Source: Lepidodermella squamata (lineage: Eukaryota; Animalia; Gastrotricha). From it: a stretch of 64,000 nucleotides of DNA. Each line of letters opens with the position of its first letter. Position 1 is the stretch's first letter. The notes under the pieces were generated by a model. That model worked only from the letters and a program-made list of their open reading frames with translations. It had not been told where the DNA came from and did no database searches. Where the stretch lies: the NCBI GenBank assembly GCA_047495785.1, contig JBLDXI010000003.1, positions 1,488,001 through 1,552,000 of the forward strand. Direction: 5' to 3'. This document shows, piece after piece, positions 1-13,831 of the stretch. Both the position numbers and the translations under genes were made by a program.

Positions 1-872
1 ATAACCACGACCTGACCGACGAGCGATGGGTCATGTATTCCTCCAATCGCCGCCTCGACCCGCAGCAGGAAGCTGAAGTCCTGTCCCATTTGCACAACAA
101 CGCCAAGGTGTCGACCGTTGCGCACCATCTGAGCAAAGCGACTAACAAGGTGATTACTGCAAAGCAACTTCACAATTTAGCCCAGGTAATTAGACTTTGT
201 TATTACCCATTTTACCGATTATCTTACCGCGGTTCGTTTTTTCGCAGAAACACCGGCTCAGCCCCGAGGAGAACGCGCGTGTCCTCGACGAGACCCTGGC
301 CGCCGTTAACGAGGGCGATGGCGTTGTGCACACCGCCCGCGACGACAAGGGCAACGTCGACATGTTGTTCATTGCTACAAATCAGATGATTAACGACGTC
401 AACAAGTTCAAGCCGTCATGTATTTTGCTCGACGCCACCTTTAAGACCAACGTCGAGAAGTACAAGTTGTGTACTTTTGTCTACCTCTGCCCGCTGACCG
501 GAAGCACCCGGGTTGCGGCCGTCTCTCTCCTCGCCGACGAACGCCAGCGCAACGTCAAGGCAATGTTGCAGGAGTTCAAGGCGATTTACGGCGCCGGCCC
601 GTGGTTCTTCATGGTAGACAAGGACTTCGATCAAATCGATCTCTTGCGCGAGTTGTTCCCCGGCTGCATCATCCTGTTGTGCATCTTTCACGTGCTCAAT
701 GCGGAACGTCATCGCCACAATTCGCAACAACGACGCCGTCCATCTAGTCGAATACAAGACCCAGGTGTTTGATGCGTTAAAAGCACTGATTAAGGCGCGG
801 CGGTAAGAGGCCTTTAAGGAGGCTGTTGAGGCCTGGCGCGCACTAGTTCCGCAGCACGTGACGGTGAAAATT
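1..872 (+). mobile_element. MULE (Mutator-like) transposase fragment, degenerate
   Basis: LLDATFKTN...FMVDKDFDQ...LLCIFHVL matches the MULE DDE core (DxTxxTN, DxD, CxFH). Intron ~186-247. Frameshift after FHVL and an in-frame stop downstream. Confidence 0.85.
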
Positions 873-1091
873 GCTCTGATTGGGAAACTACGTATAAATC
901 TTAGCTACGACACATTATTTGCATTATTTGATTTTTTATTCAAATTTGCAATTTAATGTGCGTGTCTGAAGTTAAACTGTCTGTCTGAAGTTAAACTAAA
1001 AGCCTCATTTTTGACTTTCAAATCGCATCTTTTCAGCCTGTATCCGAAAATAATTTCTGACCGATGAAAATAAGCTGAAACATGTTTACAG

Positions 1092-2648
1092 GCTGCGGTT
1101 CCATGTTATCAGCCATGCACTTATCCCTTGCCGTTATTCAGCGTTGTTCCAGGCTATGATCATACGCTGCCTGCCGGTTGCAAAACCGGCCAAGTGCAGA
1201 TCAGCATCACAGGGGTAATTCCTAATTCTCAATCAACATAGCGCCTCAACATAGGTAGATATCATGATAAAGATGGCTGTATAACTCTTAACAGATTACC
1301 AAACGATACTCGCAAAACGGTGACATCACATTCCTTTCCAGTCCTACTGTCATCAGCGCGGAAAACTTGAGAACCGCAAGTGATACTAGTAGACCCTGTT
1401 CAATTTCAAATCGCTACTTTCGTTCAACAGATTAAGTACAAGAGATGCACGCGAAACTTGGCATTGGTGTGCAGACCAGTGGAAATAGGCTGCTTCAACC
1501 CTGATGGAGGGGGCGAATTTTTGGTATTTAATGACCTGTCGCCTTCGTTAATTTCTGATGTCGTTCCCTTTCTCATTATTACATTGATTAAAGCTTATGA
1601 CAACCGCTGGCCAAACTTTCAGCTTTCAAGAATGCCGAAGCTTGGTAATTGCTGCCGCCATGCGAACCGTTCGAATTTGTTATTCCGCTGCTTAGATTGT
1701 TCCGTTCAGTTATTATCGATGGGAACTCAACAGCCCGCTGGAAACAAGGGCAGGATTCAATCCATTGGACTGTGCCAATGATTTCTACACTCAGGAGCTA
1801 TAGCAACTCCATGCTGGTATTCTGTGTTTGATATTTGAAACCGATTAATCTAATTGAATACATATATATATGCATATAGCTGCGAAAATTCAATACATTC
1901 GACGAATGCTGGCTTAATATTTTCACTACGGTTCGTTACTGGTATCTTCCACCTATTGCTTTTCAAACGTTCTGTTATTTTGAACGCATAAAACCAGAAT
2001 GATGGGTGAACTTCAAATTTCAGGGTGAACTTGAATCATAATTGGATGTCAGCTCGAGGGCTCGACGGCCAAAAAAATTAATTCATTTTGTAATTCTCGC
2101 CATTATCTTAGAATATCTTCACAAGTTTCCTACGATGCCTTCGCACGTCGATGACTAGCAGAAACTCGCAAAAAGCTAGTGTTTGCCGTCCCACTATTCG
2201 GAAATACTTGCAACAGACGTTAGCATAACACCTGTAGGTTACTTTTACGTGAATACTTTCCCTACGTCATTCCATGTTTTTCCAGGAAGGAGGGCCTTAT
2301 CCAACTACATACGATTGTCTGAGTGCTGACGTTGGGAACGGCCCGGTAAGAATAATTCGCATTGTATTTAGCTATAATTTATAAAAACATTCACATTTCT
2401 ACAGGCCAAATGTTGTTGCCAGTCTTATGTCAATGGTGAGCAAAAATTAGTTGGAACTCTGCAAAATGGCCCTACGCCGCTTACGGGTAACATATCGCCT
2501 TTCTGCGTCTGTCCACTGGAACAACAGTAAAAAAATTCAAGTTTCGTTATATTTAGCCAAATGTTTTTCCACAGCGCACAATAACTAACGGAATTTACGA
2601 CGAGTATTACAGCAGCTCATCTGCTTCTGTTGATTGTTATTTTCAATA
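1092..2648 (+). pseudogene. Multi-exon Cys-rich repeat gene fragment, paralogue of the 45.6-53.5 kb gene
   Basis: Short exons read AAVPCYQP..FSVVPGYDH, YKRC..LVCRP, AKCCCQ and a final ..NGIY..SVDCYFQ*, matching the repeat and C-terminal exons of the 45.6 kb gene. No 5' signal exon found and some exons appear disrupted. Confidence 0.6.
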
Positions 2649-3749
2649 ATGGTCCAGCTCTGACATATCCTTTTGGTTTTTGGTGGTGACGATGAAGTTC
2701 TTTATAAAGACTGTATTAATAAGGCTACAATCTCAATAATTCGATTCTCCAACCTTGAATAAAATCAACCACCGCTACATTAAAATTGGTCTGCACAATC
2801 GAACCGCTGCGCAATCTCTTTACAACTTCCAACTGCTCTGATATTGTAATGTACCACGCGTGACAAACTTACCAAATTTTGTAACAAAACGCTGAAGTAG
2901 CAGCTGTTTCTTGCATTATTGAAATATTTCTATATGGAATTTTCTAAATTTCATAATCGAGAAAAGTGAGAGAAAAGAGAGAGAGAGAGAAAGAGAGCTA
3001 ACAGCTACAATTTCAAATGGATCGGATGAAAATATTATGTATTATTTCGTACGGTTAGCTTCCGTCTACAAAATTTACACGACCCCAACATGGGTAGCAC
3101 AAGGAGCAAATAAATAATTCAGGATCTTAAATAGCACAAATTACTCACAAGGCCGATAATGACAAAAATGCACCCGAACAAATTATTGGCAAAGAGCTTC
3201 TAAAATTGAAAACGGAATGTAATCTCCTATACCTATTGTTTATGCTCTCTAAATGTTGTCCTTCTCAGTATTAGAAAAATTGAGAGTCGCATCGCCTATT
3301 TTGACAATTTTTCCAGGTCCTGAAGGCCAGTTATGGGTTTTGGGAGAATGCTGCTCAAATACGCTTATTGCTCATACATATTTCCGCCTAATGCTAACAA
3401 AAGAACTAGAATTAACCCACGATTTTAATTTGAATTTTTTGTGTCCAAAAATCAATCAATTGGAAACTTGGCGTTCTATTAGAATTCTACGTCCATTTGC
3501 TAGCATAAGGTGTTATTTATTTCCCGTTTAGTAGCAAAAAAGTTCGATTCGTTAGCGCTGTTTTTCCACGTCGCATTTAATGCGGCGATGGTCAATTGAA
3601 TTATTTATACTGTCAATCTGAGGTCGAAATTGAAATTCAAAAATTGCTCGTAGGAGGCACTAATAGTACCACGCCCAACTGTGAATTGTCTATGTAAAAT
3701 TTAAAACCACTTTGGACTGGAAATAGACGTTCAACTAAAGCAAAGGGAA

Positions 3750-6700
3750 ATGACAGCTTCTCTACTTCTAGCTGCAATGCTACTAGGTTTGTCCATTATT
3801 ACCTTCTTCAATTTTCTATGTTTCTGAATAAAAAATAGGGCCAGTAGCGGCCTTGTCTTCGATCAACTGTGGAGGCAGTTATCTCTCACAATATTCATAT
3901 CAATCTGCGAATTTCACGCCCAACTGGGAATACTACACCAGCTCTTCAATGGACAGTGTCAATCAAAGTCCAGGAGCGCTTCGATTAGTCTCGGCAAGTT
4001 CCAGCATGGACGGAGCTATGTGGGCGAGAAACGTAACCTCAACTTTTACTTTGGAATTATGTTTAAGCTTTACCATATCTCATCCTCAGCCTTTCATCCT
4101 GGATGATTTCTACGCCGAAACAACGATCAGCATGGGAGCAGGAGCGGGTCCTTTCTCTGGATCGCCGAAGGGGTTTGCATTGGTCGTATCAAATCAAGCT
4201 GGAATAGTTAGACCGACAACCGGGTATTTGAGCAATTCGAACGGCGAGGAATTCGGTGTAAGACAAAATCGTCATATTGGTACATTTTCTTGTGGTTTTT
4301 TTGGAAATTTTCCTTTATCTCGGCTCTCTAGGACTAACTTTATACTTCAGGCCTATGGATGGGGTAATGGTCAACTTCCTAACCCCGAACGGAAATGCTT
4401 CGAAATGGGCTTCAAACTGCGCAGGGGCAGATTACTGTTGGCCAGTCGGAAGCCAATTCACTAACACATATTTCCAACAAAAAACGACCTGGTCCATAAG
4501 AGTCCGCGCCAACCTGTTGTCTGTAGAGGCTTGTGTCTTCAACAATGATAACTGCACACTGACCCTTAGTAACGTCACGCTTCCCAAGTCATTACAAAGC
4601 GCATTTTACACGGCGAAAATGTCGCTTGGTCTTGTCGCAAGCAATGCGGGTGACTCAGCTTACGTTGATATCCACGCTTTTGATGTTTGGAGCTGCGGCT
4701 CGTCATTTTCCACGCCAGCTCCAACAGTAGGATGTCGATAAATCGATAAGACGAGCAAAATTATGTTTTTGTACTAGGTTGATCCAAATTCTTTAGCTTG
4801 CTACGGAGGTGCTCTAAAATCAAGCTATTCCTACAACAGCCCTGCTGATTTGGCTAGCTGGGACTATTACAGATACGAAAACCTGAACACTACGTCACAA
4901 CCATCTGGAACAATTAGGCTGGTTTCGAATGAGTTCCAGCAAAGCGGTGCAATGTGGACTAAAACTGTAATCATTCAGCATTCATCCTTATTATTTCCTT
5001 GATTGGATTCATGATTATTTTCAGCCGTTTAATCTTCAGGACTTTTACATGGAATTGGTGATTGAATCGGGAATTTATATCGATAGCATGTACCCGTATG
5101 GATTTATGATGATCATTTCGAACCAAGCAGGTATCGCCCGCCCTTCCCCGTACCTAACGTGGGTAGATGGACAACAGTATGGGGTGAATCGCAACAGCCA
5201 CAGCGGTTTAACCGTCTTCGTCCAGCCTAACAAGTTCGAGGGGGTCATGATCCCGTTTCTGCCGAGCCCGAATGAAGCGAAATGGTGGGGTTACTGCGTG
5301 GATGTTGATTGGTGTTGGAACTCGGGGATGAGCCAGCTATGGATTGATACGTTCATGTCGACAAAATCAGTGTGGCAGTGGCGCGTTAGGAATCAAACGC
5401 TATCGATCATTGTCTGCAAGTACGGCACTAATATTTGCTCGCAGACTCTTACGAATGTGACAATGCCTTCGACGATCCCAGCTGCATTTGGAAGCGATAT
5501 CTACCTGGGAATTGCGGCTTGCAATAACGCGCTTGGTAGGACGGTTTTCGACGTTTATTCTGTCAATGTCTACGACTGCAGTCAAGTTACTACGTCCACA
5601 TCTTCGACTACAACCACTGCGACAACCCCTACTACAACGAAGCTAACGTCCACGGTGAGTAGGATTGAAATGGATAAATCATAAGTTTCAGTGTTCCATT
5701 TAGCCCACGAGTACATCGACATCAAAATCGACCTCTCAGGCGCCTACCTTTACTTCCACAGCATCGACGAGTTCAAAAACCACTTCGGCTACAACTACGC
5801 AAGTAAGCTGAAAAATTGAAAATGAACGAGTCATGAATTAGAATAAATAGCCCACTACTACGTCCACCTCTGTGAAATCGACTTCGCAAGTAGCAACTGA
5901 TGTTTCGACTTCACTAATGTCGACTAGTAATGCCGTGGTAAGCTTTGTGTTGATAGAACTATACTTTTCAGCGATCAATAATTACTCATTATAGACTTCG
6001 ATCGCGTCCCCTTCGACTGGGTCAACAACCACATCCACTCCTCTTGCTATTGCTACTTCATTAACAACGGTAAAGCAGGTGCGTCCCAAAATATAAAAGT
6101 CTTCTTCTGTTTTCACTGCTTTGACTTCGATCTATTTTACATACTTCAGCCTGTTTAAAATAAAACCCCAAAAGTTTTTTCAAGTTTCCTCAACTGTGGG
6201 ATGCTCAAACCTCGGTTTCCACTAACTTCATCTTGAGTTTTAATTTCGGCCCCGAAAAATGTACCCTGAGCTCTAGCTAAGGAATCTGGGTGCGCGGCAA
6301 CTTCGAAGCTCATATCTTAGGACTTCATCTCTGAGATAATCATTCCAATTCAGCTTCTTAATCCCTGTTATCATTATATTTCAATCCGGTCAAGACTCTT
6401 TCGACAACGAGCGCAACAACTACAGCAATTTCGCCAACTGGAAGTGCCGTTAATCCTACTCAGAGTACGATCGATACAGAGATATATCCTGCTCAAGCGG
6501 CTGGAGATACAGGTACCATCAATTCCGCTTCATTGCAAACCGCAAGACCTAATTTGTGCTTAATTTCAGATCAAAGCGCTATTTCGTCTCAAATTCAATC
6601 TCTAAGCACCAATACTAACCAACAAATTCAAGGCTTGTGGCCGAAAGACAGCGACGATAGTAAAGATACTCCGATGGCGAATATAACCGCTGCAGAACTT

Positions 6701-7792
6701 GTCAAAATCTGCACGGATTTCGAAAAGAAGCGAGCAGCCCCACCTCCAGTTCCCCCAGAGTCCACTGTCAAAATCCAAATCGCGTTCGGAGTCGATAAAA
6801 TTGTTGAACTGGACAACGTGGCTGAAACACTGACTGTCGTCGGAACTCTCCTTCTATCTTGGACTGTTGGAACCTGCCCAGCTGATAGCTACGACGTCTT
6901 CACAAAACGGCCGACTGAACAGTTGTACGTCTCAGATTCCAGCGAAGTATGGACGCCGTCGTTTCGCTTCGTTAACAGCGCTCGAGGCACGAGCTACATG
7001 CAGGAGTCAGATCAATATGCCGACGACTTGGTTGTCACTTCAGAAAAAACCGCTGGAGCAGTCAATCGGACGCTTAACTTTTTCTGGCTGAAAGATGGCC
7101 AATACGCAGCGTTGTGCCAGCTGGATCTTCAGAATTTCCCATTCGACCAGCAAAGCTGTATTTTCGCGTTTTCGTTGAATCGAGCTATTTCTCTGATGAA
7201 ATTCGCCAATCCGAATTTTCTGTGGAACACAGAGGATTCTTCGGATGACGATAGGTGGATATACAAGGGGAAATCGCTCAGCACGGGCATATTGAAATTT
7301 CGTGGGAAACAAACTCATGCCGTTTATTTTGCTGTTACGTTGGCCAGGAATCCGACTTACTTCGTTCTGAATCTTTTGATGCCATCGGCTGTGTTGTATT
7401 TAATCGAAATTGCGTCTTTCCTACTACCGCCTGAACTACCAGATCGACCTTGCTTTTCCATGTCCGTTCTCCTGGCGATGAACGTTGCGCAATCTGGGGT
7501 CGCCAGCAACATTCCGAAAACGTCCCAGCATGTGTTTCTGGTGGATTACATCGAAGCCATCACCTGGCTTTGCGCTTTGTGTACTCTCTACCAACTAGCT
7601 GCTTGTTGCTTTAGCCATTCCTATAAGCATGAGGATTTCTTAGGCGGAAAAAGAGGTAAAGCGACGAATGGAATTCACGCCTTCATAAAACATATGGGAT
7701 TCATTCGATTTAGCGACGCTTTATGTGTGGCGATGAATATACTCGCTTTCATAGCTCTGCATGCCTTGATTAGCAGGCTTTACGTCTACTGA
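3750..7792 (+). CDS. Cys-loop ligand-gated ion channel subunit with N-terminal tandem L-type-lectin-like domains and Ser/Thr stalk (spliced)
   Basis: Signal exon MTASLLLAAMLL|G, then two similar domains (LRLVS..GAMW..PFxLxDFY..GFxxxxSNQAGI) and S/T-rich exons. An in-frame phase-1 splice (AGDT g|at) leads into a large exon with WTPS, Cys loop CQLDLQNFPFDQQSC and four TM helices. Confidence 0.85.
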
Positions 7793-8582
7793 AACCCTTT
7801 TCACACTTGTGCCTCTAGCAAAGTTTTTGTAATAAATGTCTACGACATCATAAGTGGTTGATTTTCTTTACAATCTTTTCGAAACCTCTGGATGTGTATT
7901 TCTATATCATTCATCTGCATATACACATCTTCGCGCTGAATTCTCTATTCATGCTAACGAAATACTGACGTTTTTTCGAGATGAATACTTCGATTATCGT
8001 ATTGCTAAAGGCAAATAGAACCGCCGGTAAAGATGATAACATAATAATATCATCGCAGAGAATTTGAACACCTGCTTGGGCAATACGCTCCATCTAAACT
8101 ACTAAACGACGAAGGTCCTCAACGGCTAAATTTGAATTTTCCTTTGTATTTGGCGGCATGCTTAAATAGTATACTTCTACTCACTGGGTAGCCAAGTGCT
8201 TAGTGTCATTAGATAGAGAATAAAAAACTACTCGAGCGAAAAATGCCAAAATTTGACGTTGTCAAAAAACGGCGCCAAAAAACTGATTTCAAATTACATA
8301 GCGGCTTTTGTTACTCACCGGAATAAATATTGAATATCAATAAAATAATTAATTTAATTTTAAATTTAATTTTAATAATTTTGTATATTAAATTTTGAAT
8401 TTCCCTCCGCCGAGTTACGCACGTTGCCGGTAGCCGGTTGCCGGTCGCCTGCCGACGACAGATCTTTCCTGGATAACTTTCTGGAGCGTCTTTCTATGCA
8501 TCCCTGTGGAACATCTTGCTACCGTTTTTGAATTTTTTTTTGTAGGTTAGCATCCCAGTTACTTTGTAATTTTGACGTCCAG

Positions 8583-11500
8583 ATGCCGCCGAGAGGGCGT
8601 CCTCCCAAGACGCGGGGGAAAAGGCCGCTAACCATTGCTCGAGAGGATCGAAATAAGCGATCACGTGACACTAACGCTGAGCCTTCTTCTGCTTCTACTT
8701 CTGCTTCTACTTCAGTTACGAGTAACTTTGACCATGTTTACTCTCAGCCCTCGACAGTTACTTTTGTCGACCCGTTGGTTAATGCTGCTGAGTCTACATC
8801 TTCTGTGATAACAAACCTTCCGTTGCCCCCTGTTGAGGAATTCACTGAATACGAAGTTGACCCCGAGTTATTAGCTGAAATTTTTGCTAACGATGAAGAT
8901 GATGACGTCGACTTCGATCCCACAGTTCATTTCGCACCACCCGACAATGACGACGATACAGCTGTTGATCCCCCGGCTCCTGCTCCTGCCCCAGCAAACC
9001 GTCGTTTTGTGCCTCCTTTCAACTGCGCTCGGGAGAGATACATCGAGTCGAATGTTCCGACGCTTGATCTGGGTCTAATGAATAATGCGTGTCGCCATTG
9101 TGGCGCTATGTTTTTCATTGACGAGCGTCTTAGCAATTCGTCTAGAAAGACTCCTCAGTTCACGCTATGTTGCTCTAAAAATGACGTAAGTTGATTATCA
9201 CATAATATAATGACCAAAACTATTTATTTTATTCTTATAGGTTATCCTTCCGCCACTCACTACTCCCCCTTCGTATCTGTTACGTTTACTCAAAGGTGAA
9301 CTACTTGAATCTGAGCATTTCATGAGAGCGATCCGCGTATACAACAATGCTTTGGCCTTCACATCCGTCGGTATGAAAGACATTTCGCCAAACTTTGGTA
9401 GCTTCAAGGTGCAGGGGCAGCTGTACCACCGTCACGGATGTTTGCTACCTGATGAGGGTCAACAGCCTCTGTACTTGCAGATTTATTTCGCTGATCCTGA
9501 AACGCAAGTACAACTTCGCCGCAATTACGTTGGCGACGCTACGCTGCCCCACGTACTAGCCAATCTTCAGCAAATGCTCTATGACGTCGGTAATCCTTAC
9601 ATCAAGCTCTACCAGGCTGGTCTATCGCGGCTGCAATCTGCGCCTGAAGCAAGGATGGCGATTAAAGCTGACGTACGTGGCATTGATAGGCGTCGCTACA
9701 ATCGACCGCAGTGTGAAAATGAAGTCTCAGCTTTAATCTTCGAGTTTCACAATGATAGCGAAGTCAACATGAGCAGGGACATCATTCTTCGCCTGAGAGC
9801 CGGCCCTGATGCTCATCGGTATCAGCGAATTGATGAAACTAACGCAAGCTATGACCCTCTCGCTTACCCTCTAATATTCAGTCACGGTGATCTTGGCTGG
9901 GATACAACGTTGGTTCGAGTTGCTGAAAAACGTGATCGTTTTGGTAATGTCAAGCATGCCAAGCTAACCTGCCGCGATTACATCTGTCATCGTTTCATGG
10001 TTCGAGGTCAAGTTGTTCTACAGCTATTTGGAAAGTTGTTCCAGCAATATGTTGTCGATTCATTCATCAAAATGGAAACAAATGATCTGTCATATCTTCG
10101 CTTCAATCAGGATAAACTGCGCGTTGAAAATTATCGAGGTCTCTGTGATGCAGTCGCCGATGGTCGTCAAGCATCTGATATCGGTACAAAAGTTCGTATT
10201 GTATTACCATCTACGAAGAGTGGGTCGCCAAGACAGATGGCAGAGCTGTATCAAGACGCCATGGCAATTGTTCGGGCTCACGGTAAACCTGACATTTTTC
10301 TAACTATGACAACGAATAGCAATTGGCCGGAAATTCAACGCAATTTGATTGGCAAACAAACTGCAACCGATCGTCCTGACTTGGTTTGTCGAGTGTTTCG
10401 AACTAAATTGAAGGAACTGCTGCAGAACGTCTTGACAGATCAGATATTTGGAAGGGTCAAAAATCTCATCTATACCGTCGAATTTCAGAAACGCGGCTTA
10501 CCTCATGCTCATGTTCTAATCACTCTGGCTAACTCAATTAAAACCTGTGAAGATATCGACAAAACTGTTCGAGCGGATATTCCCGATCCAACTACTGAAC
10601 CGAAGCTATTCGAGTATGTCACCAAGCATATGTTACATGGTCCGTGTGGGTTGAATCATAAAAATTCGCCGTGTTGGGACGATAAAACTGGCTGTACTAA
10701 AAAGTATCCAAAGGATTTTTTTGAAGATACCTGTTTGAATGTCGACGGTTTCCCTCAAGTCAGGCGACCAGCAGATGGAAGAAGTGTTACAAAAGGAACT
10801 GGCCAGAAAAAATTTGATTTTGATAATCGATGGGTCGTGCCTTATAACCCATGGTTAATTGCTCGATTCAACTGTCACATTAACGTCGAAATTTGTACCA
10901 CGGTCAAGGCGATCAAGTACATCTACAAGTACATCCATAATAATAATTTGAATATTTGCAGCATGAATGGTTTAAAATGAATGTTTCAAAAAATTTGTGA
11001 CGAATTTTTTTTAAATAATTTTCTTTGATAAAATTTTCAAATAAATTTTTTTAAATAAATTTTTTTTAATAAATTTCTTTAATAAAACTTTCAAATAGTT
11101 TTTTTTTTAAATAAATTTTTTTTAAATGAAATTTTTAAATAAATTTTTTTTAAATGAAATTTTTAAATAAATTTTTTTTAAATGAAATTTTTAAATAAAT
11201 TTTTTTTAAATGAAATTTTTAAATAAATTTTTTTTAAATGAAATTTTTAAATAAATTTTTTTTAAATGAAATTTTTAAATAAATTTTTTTTAAATGAAAT
11301 TTTTAAATAAATTTTTTTTAAATGAAATTTTTAAATAAATTTTTTTTAAATGAAATTTTTAAATAAATTTTTTTTAAATGAAATTTTTAAATAAATTTTT
11401 TTTAATTATTTTTTTCAATTACTTATTTCAATTACTTTCAATTAATTTTAATTTTCAAAGGTACTGATCGTCAATTAGTCGCCCTTGGTACCGGTGTCAT

Positions 11501-13831
11501 CGATGAAATCCAGGAATTCGTAGATGCGCGATCCGTTTCTGCTATGGAGGCCTGCTACCGTTGCTTTTCGTATCCTATGCATGAAAACTGGCCTGGTGTC
11601 ACCCGACTTGCTGTACATTTGCCAAAAGAAGAACCGGTGTATTTCAATGAACAGCAGCTTCCAGAACTTGACAAATTGATTACCAAATCAACTCTACTGG
11701 CATGGTTTCGATACAACGCCGAATTTGAAGACGGTCGGCACCTGAAATACCATCAATTTCCCTCTGCCTTCTGGTTTGACGATAACGCGAAGCCATGTCG
11801 ATGGAAGCCTAGAGTTCGAAATCCCGACTACAATATGGAACCAGTAGGTCGTATGTATCAGGTTAGCCCTCGCGCTGGTGAGCTGTATTACCTGCGGCTG
11901 CTTCTTCTTCACAAGGCTGGTGCCACATCTTTCGACGATCTGAAATCAGTAGATGGCGTAGTTTGCGAAACCTTCCAACAAGCGTGTGTCGCCATGGGCC
12001 TCCTGCAGAACGACAATCAGAATGTCGATGCTATGGTTGAGGTCATTAATCACGCGTCGCCTAAAACTTGCCGAGAATTTTTCTCCTATCTACTGATACA
12101 CGGTCAGCCATCAGAACCGTTACGATTGTGGTCCCAGTTTCGTGACGACTTATGTGCAGATTTCCTGCATATCGAGAAGTGTAAAAATCCTAATGCAGGC
12201 TATTCCGATTCAATCTATCGCCAGGGTTTGATGCATTTAGCGGATCTGTTAGCGGCTCACGGTCAGACTTTGGCTAACTTTCATTTGCCTACAGTTGAAG
12301 CTAATCATAATCGATTAATCGATGAAGAGCTGAACTACGATTTAGAGTTATTGCGAAAAATCATCGAAACCAATATACCCTTGCTCAATACAAGTCAACG
12401 CGCTGTATTCGATGCTATTATCAGAGCTGTAACTGATAATGCCGGTGGTTGTTTCTTCCTTGACGGTCCTGGCGGCTCGGGCAAAACATTTACGTATTCG
12501 ACGATCCTCGCAAAACTCAGACTCGAATCGAAAATTTGTTTGGCTACCGCTTCCAGTGGTATCGCTGCCATTCTACTACAAGGCGGCAGAACTGTTCACA
12601 GCCGGTTTGCAGTGCCCATCAACCTCAGTGAAACGTCGAGATGTTCCATTTCCAAGAATAGCCATCTATGCGCTCTAATTAGGAGGTCTTCGTTAATTTT
12701 AATTGACGAAGCTCCAATGTTACACCGCCATGCCATCGAAGCTTTGGATTTTACTCTGCGAGACTTGACTGGAGAAAAGGACAAATTGTTCGGAGGCAAA
12801 GGTAATAATTTTTACGATTTTTAAGGTGAATTGATATAACAATTTGTTATTAATAGTTGTACTTCTCGGTGGTGATTTTCGACAATGCACTCCTGTCGTA
12901 AAGCGAGCCTTGGGTGAAATCGACTATTTCCGAGCAAGCTTCAAATCTTCTTCGATTTGGCCTCAGGTTCAGCAATACAAATTGACAACCAATATGCGAC
13001 TCACAGGTGGCGATCCTCGATACGGAGAAGATTTACTTCGCATTGGCGAAGGCCGATACGATGAAATTAACCCCGATGGCTCTGTTACCGTGGAAAAGGG
13101 GCCCGTACCGGATAGTTTTTATATCCCTCCGTATCTGAAGTGTTTCGACAAATTGGACAACCTGCTTTTTCGACTTTACGGCAACTTGAACAACTACGAT
13201 AAGCGGCAGTGCTACACCAGATGCATCTTAGCTGCTAGAAATTCCGAGGTCGACTTCGTCAACGACATCGTTTTGAATCGCATTCCTGGCGAGTGTATCG
13301 AATTCAAAAGCTATGACAGCGTCGATGATCCTGCTAATTTTTCCGCCGGAATTCCTGAACGCGCAAAACCCGTCATCGTTGCCACCACATCTTCTGCGGC
13401 TCAAAACTGGTGCGATTGTGATACTACTACGTAACCTAAATCCGTCCGGTGGTCTTTGTAACGGTACCAGAATGGTCATCACTGCCCTACATCGAAATAC
13501 CCTACAATGTGAGATTCTAACCGGCTCCTTCCGAGGCAAGCAAGTCTTCATACCTAGAATCGAGTTGACCACGGATGAGAGCTCGGACATCATTGCTATG
13601 CGGCGTCGCCAATTCCCTGTGCGTCTGGCTTGGGCCCTGACCATCACTAAAAGCCAGGGACAGTCTTTGGATGCCGTCGGTCTATATCTACCCGACGGCG
13701 TTTTTTGTCACGGCATGGCCTACGTCGCATTTAGCCGAGCTAAAGACAGCCGTGAAGTCTACTGCTGCGTGCCAAAAATTGATAATAAATTTTTTACAAA
13801 AAATATTATTTTCAAAAAAATTTTGAAATAA
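8583..13831 (+). CDS. Helitron Rep/helicase (HUH endonuclease + Pif1-like helicase), spliced, with two lesions
   Basis: Zn motif CRHC..CC, HUH VEFQKRGLPHAH, KYIYKY, Walker A GPGGSGKT, IDEAPM, QFPVRLAWALTITKSQGQS. Introns at 9186-9240, ~10941-11460 (no GT donor) and ~12802-12856. +1 frameshift in a T run near 13340. Confidence 0.92.
11109..11403. repeat. 28-bp AT-rich tandem repeat (~10 copies) in Helitron intron
   Basis: Unit AAATAAATTTTTTTTAAATGAAATTTTT repeated near-perfectly. Confidence 0.9.
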
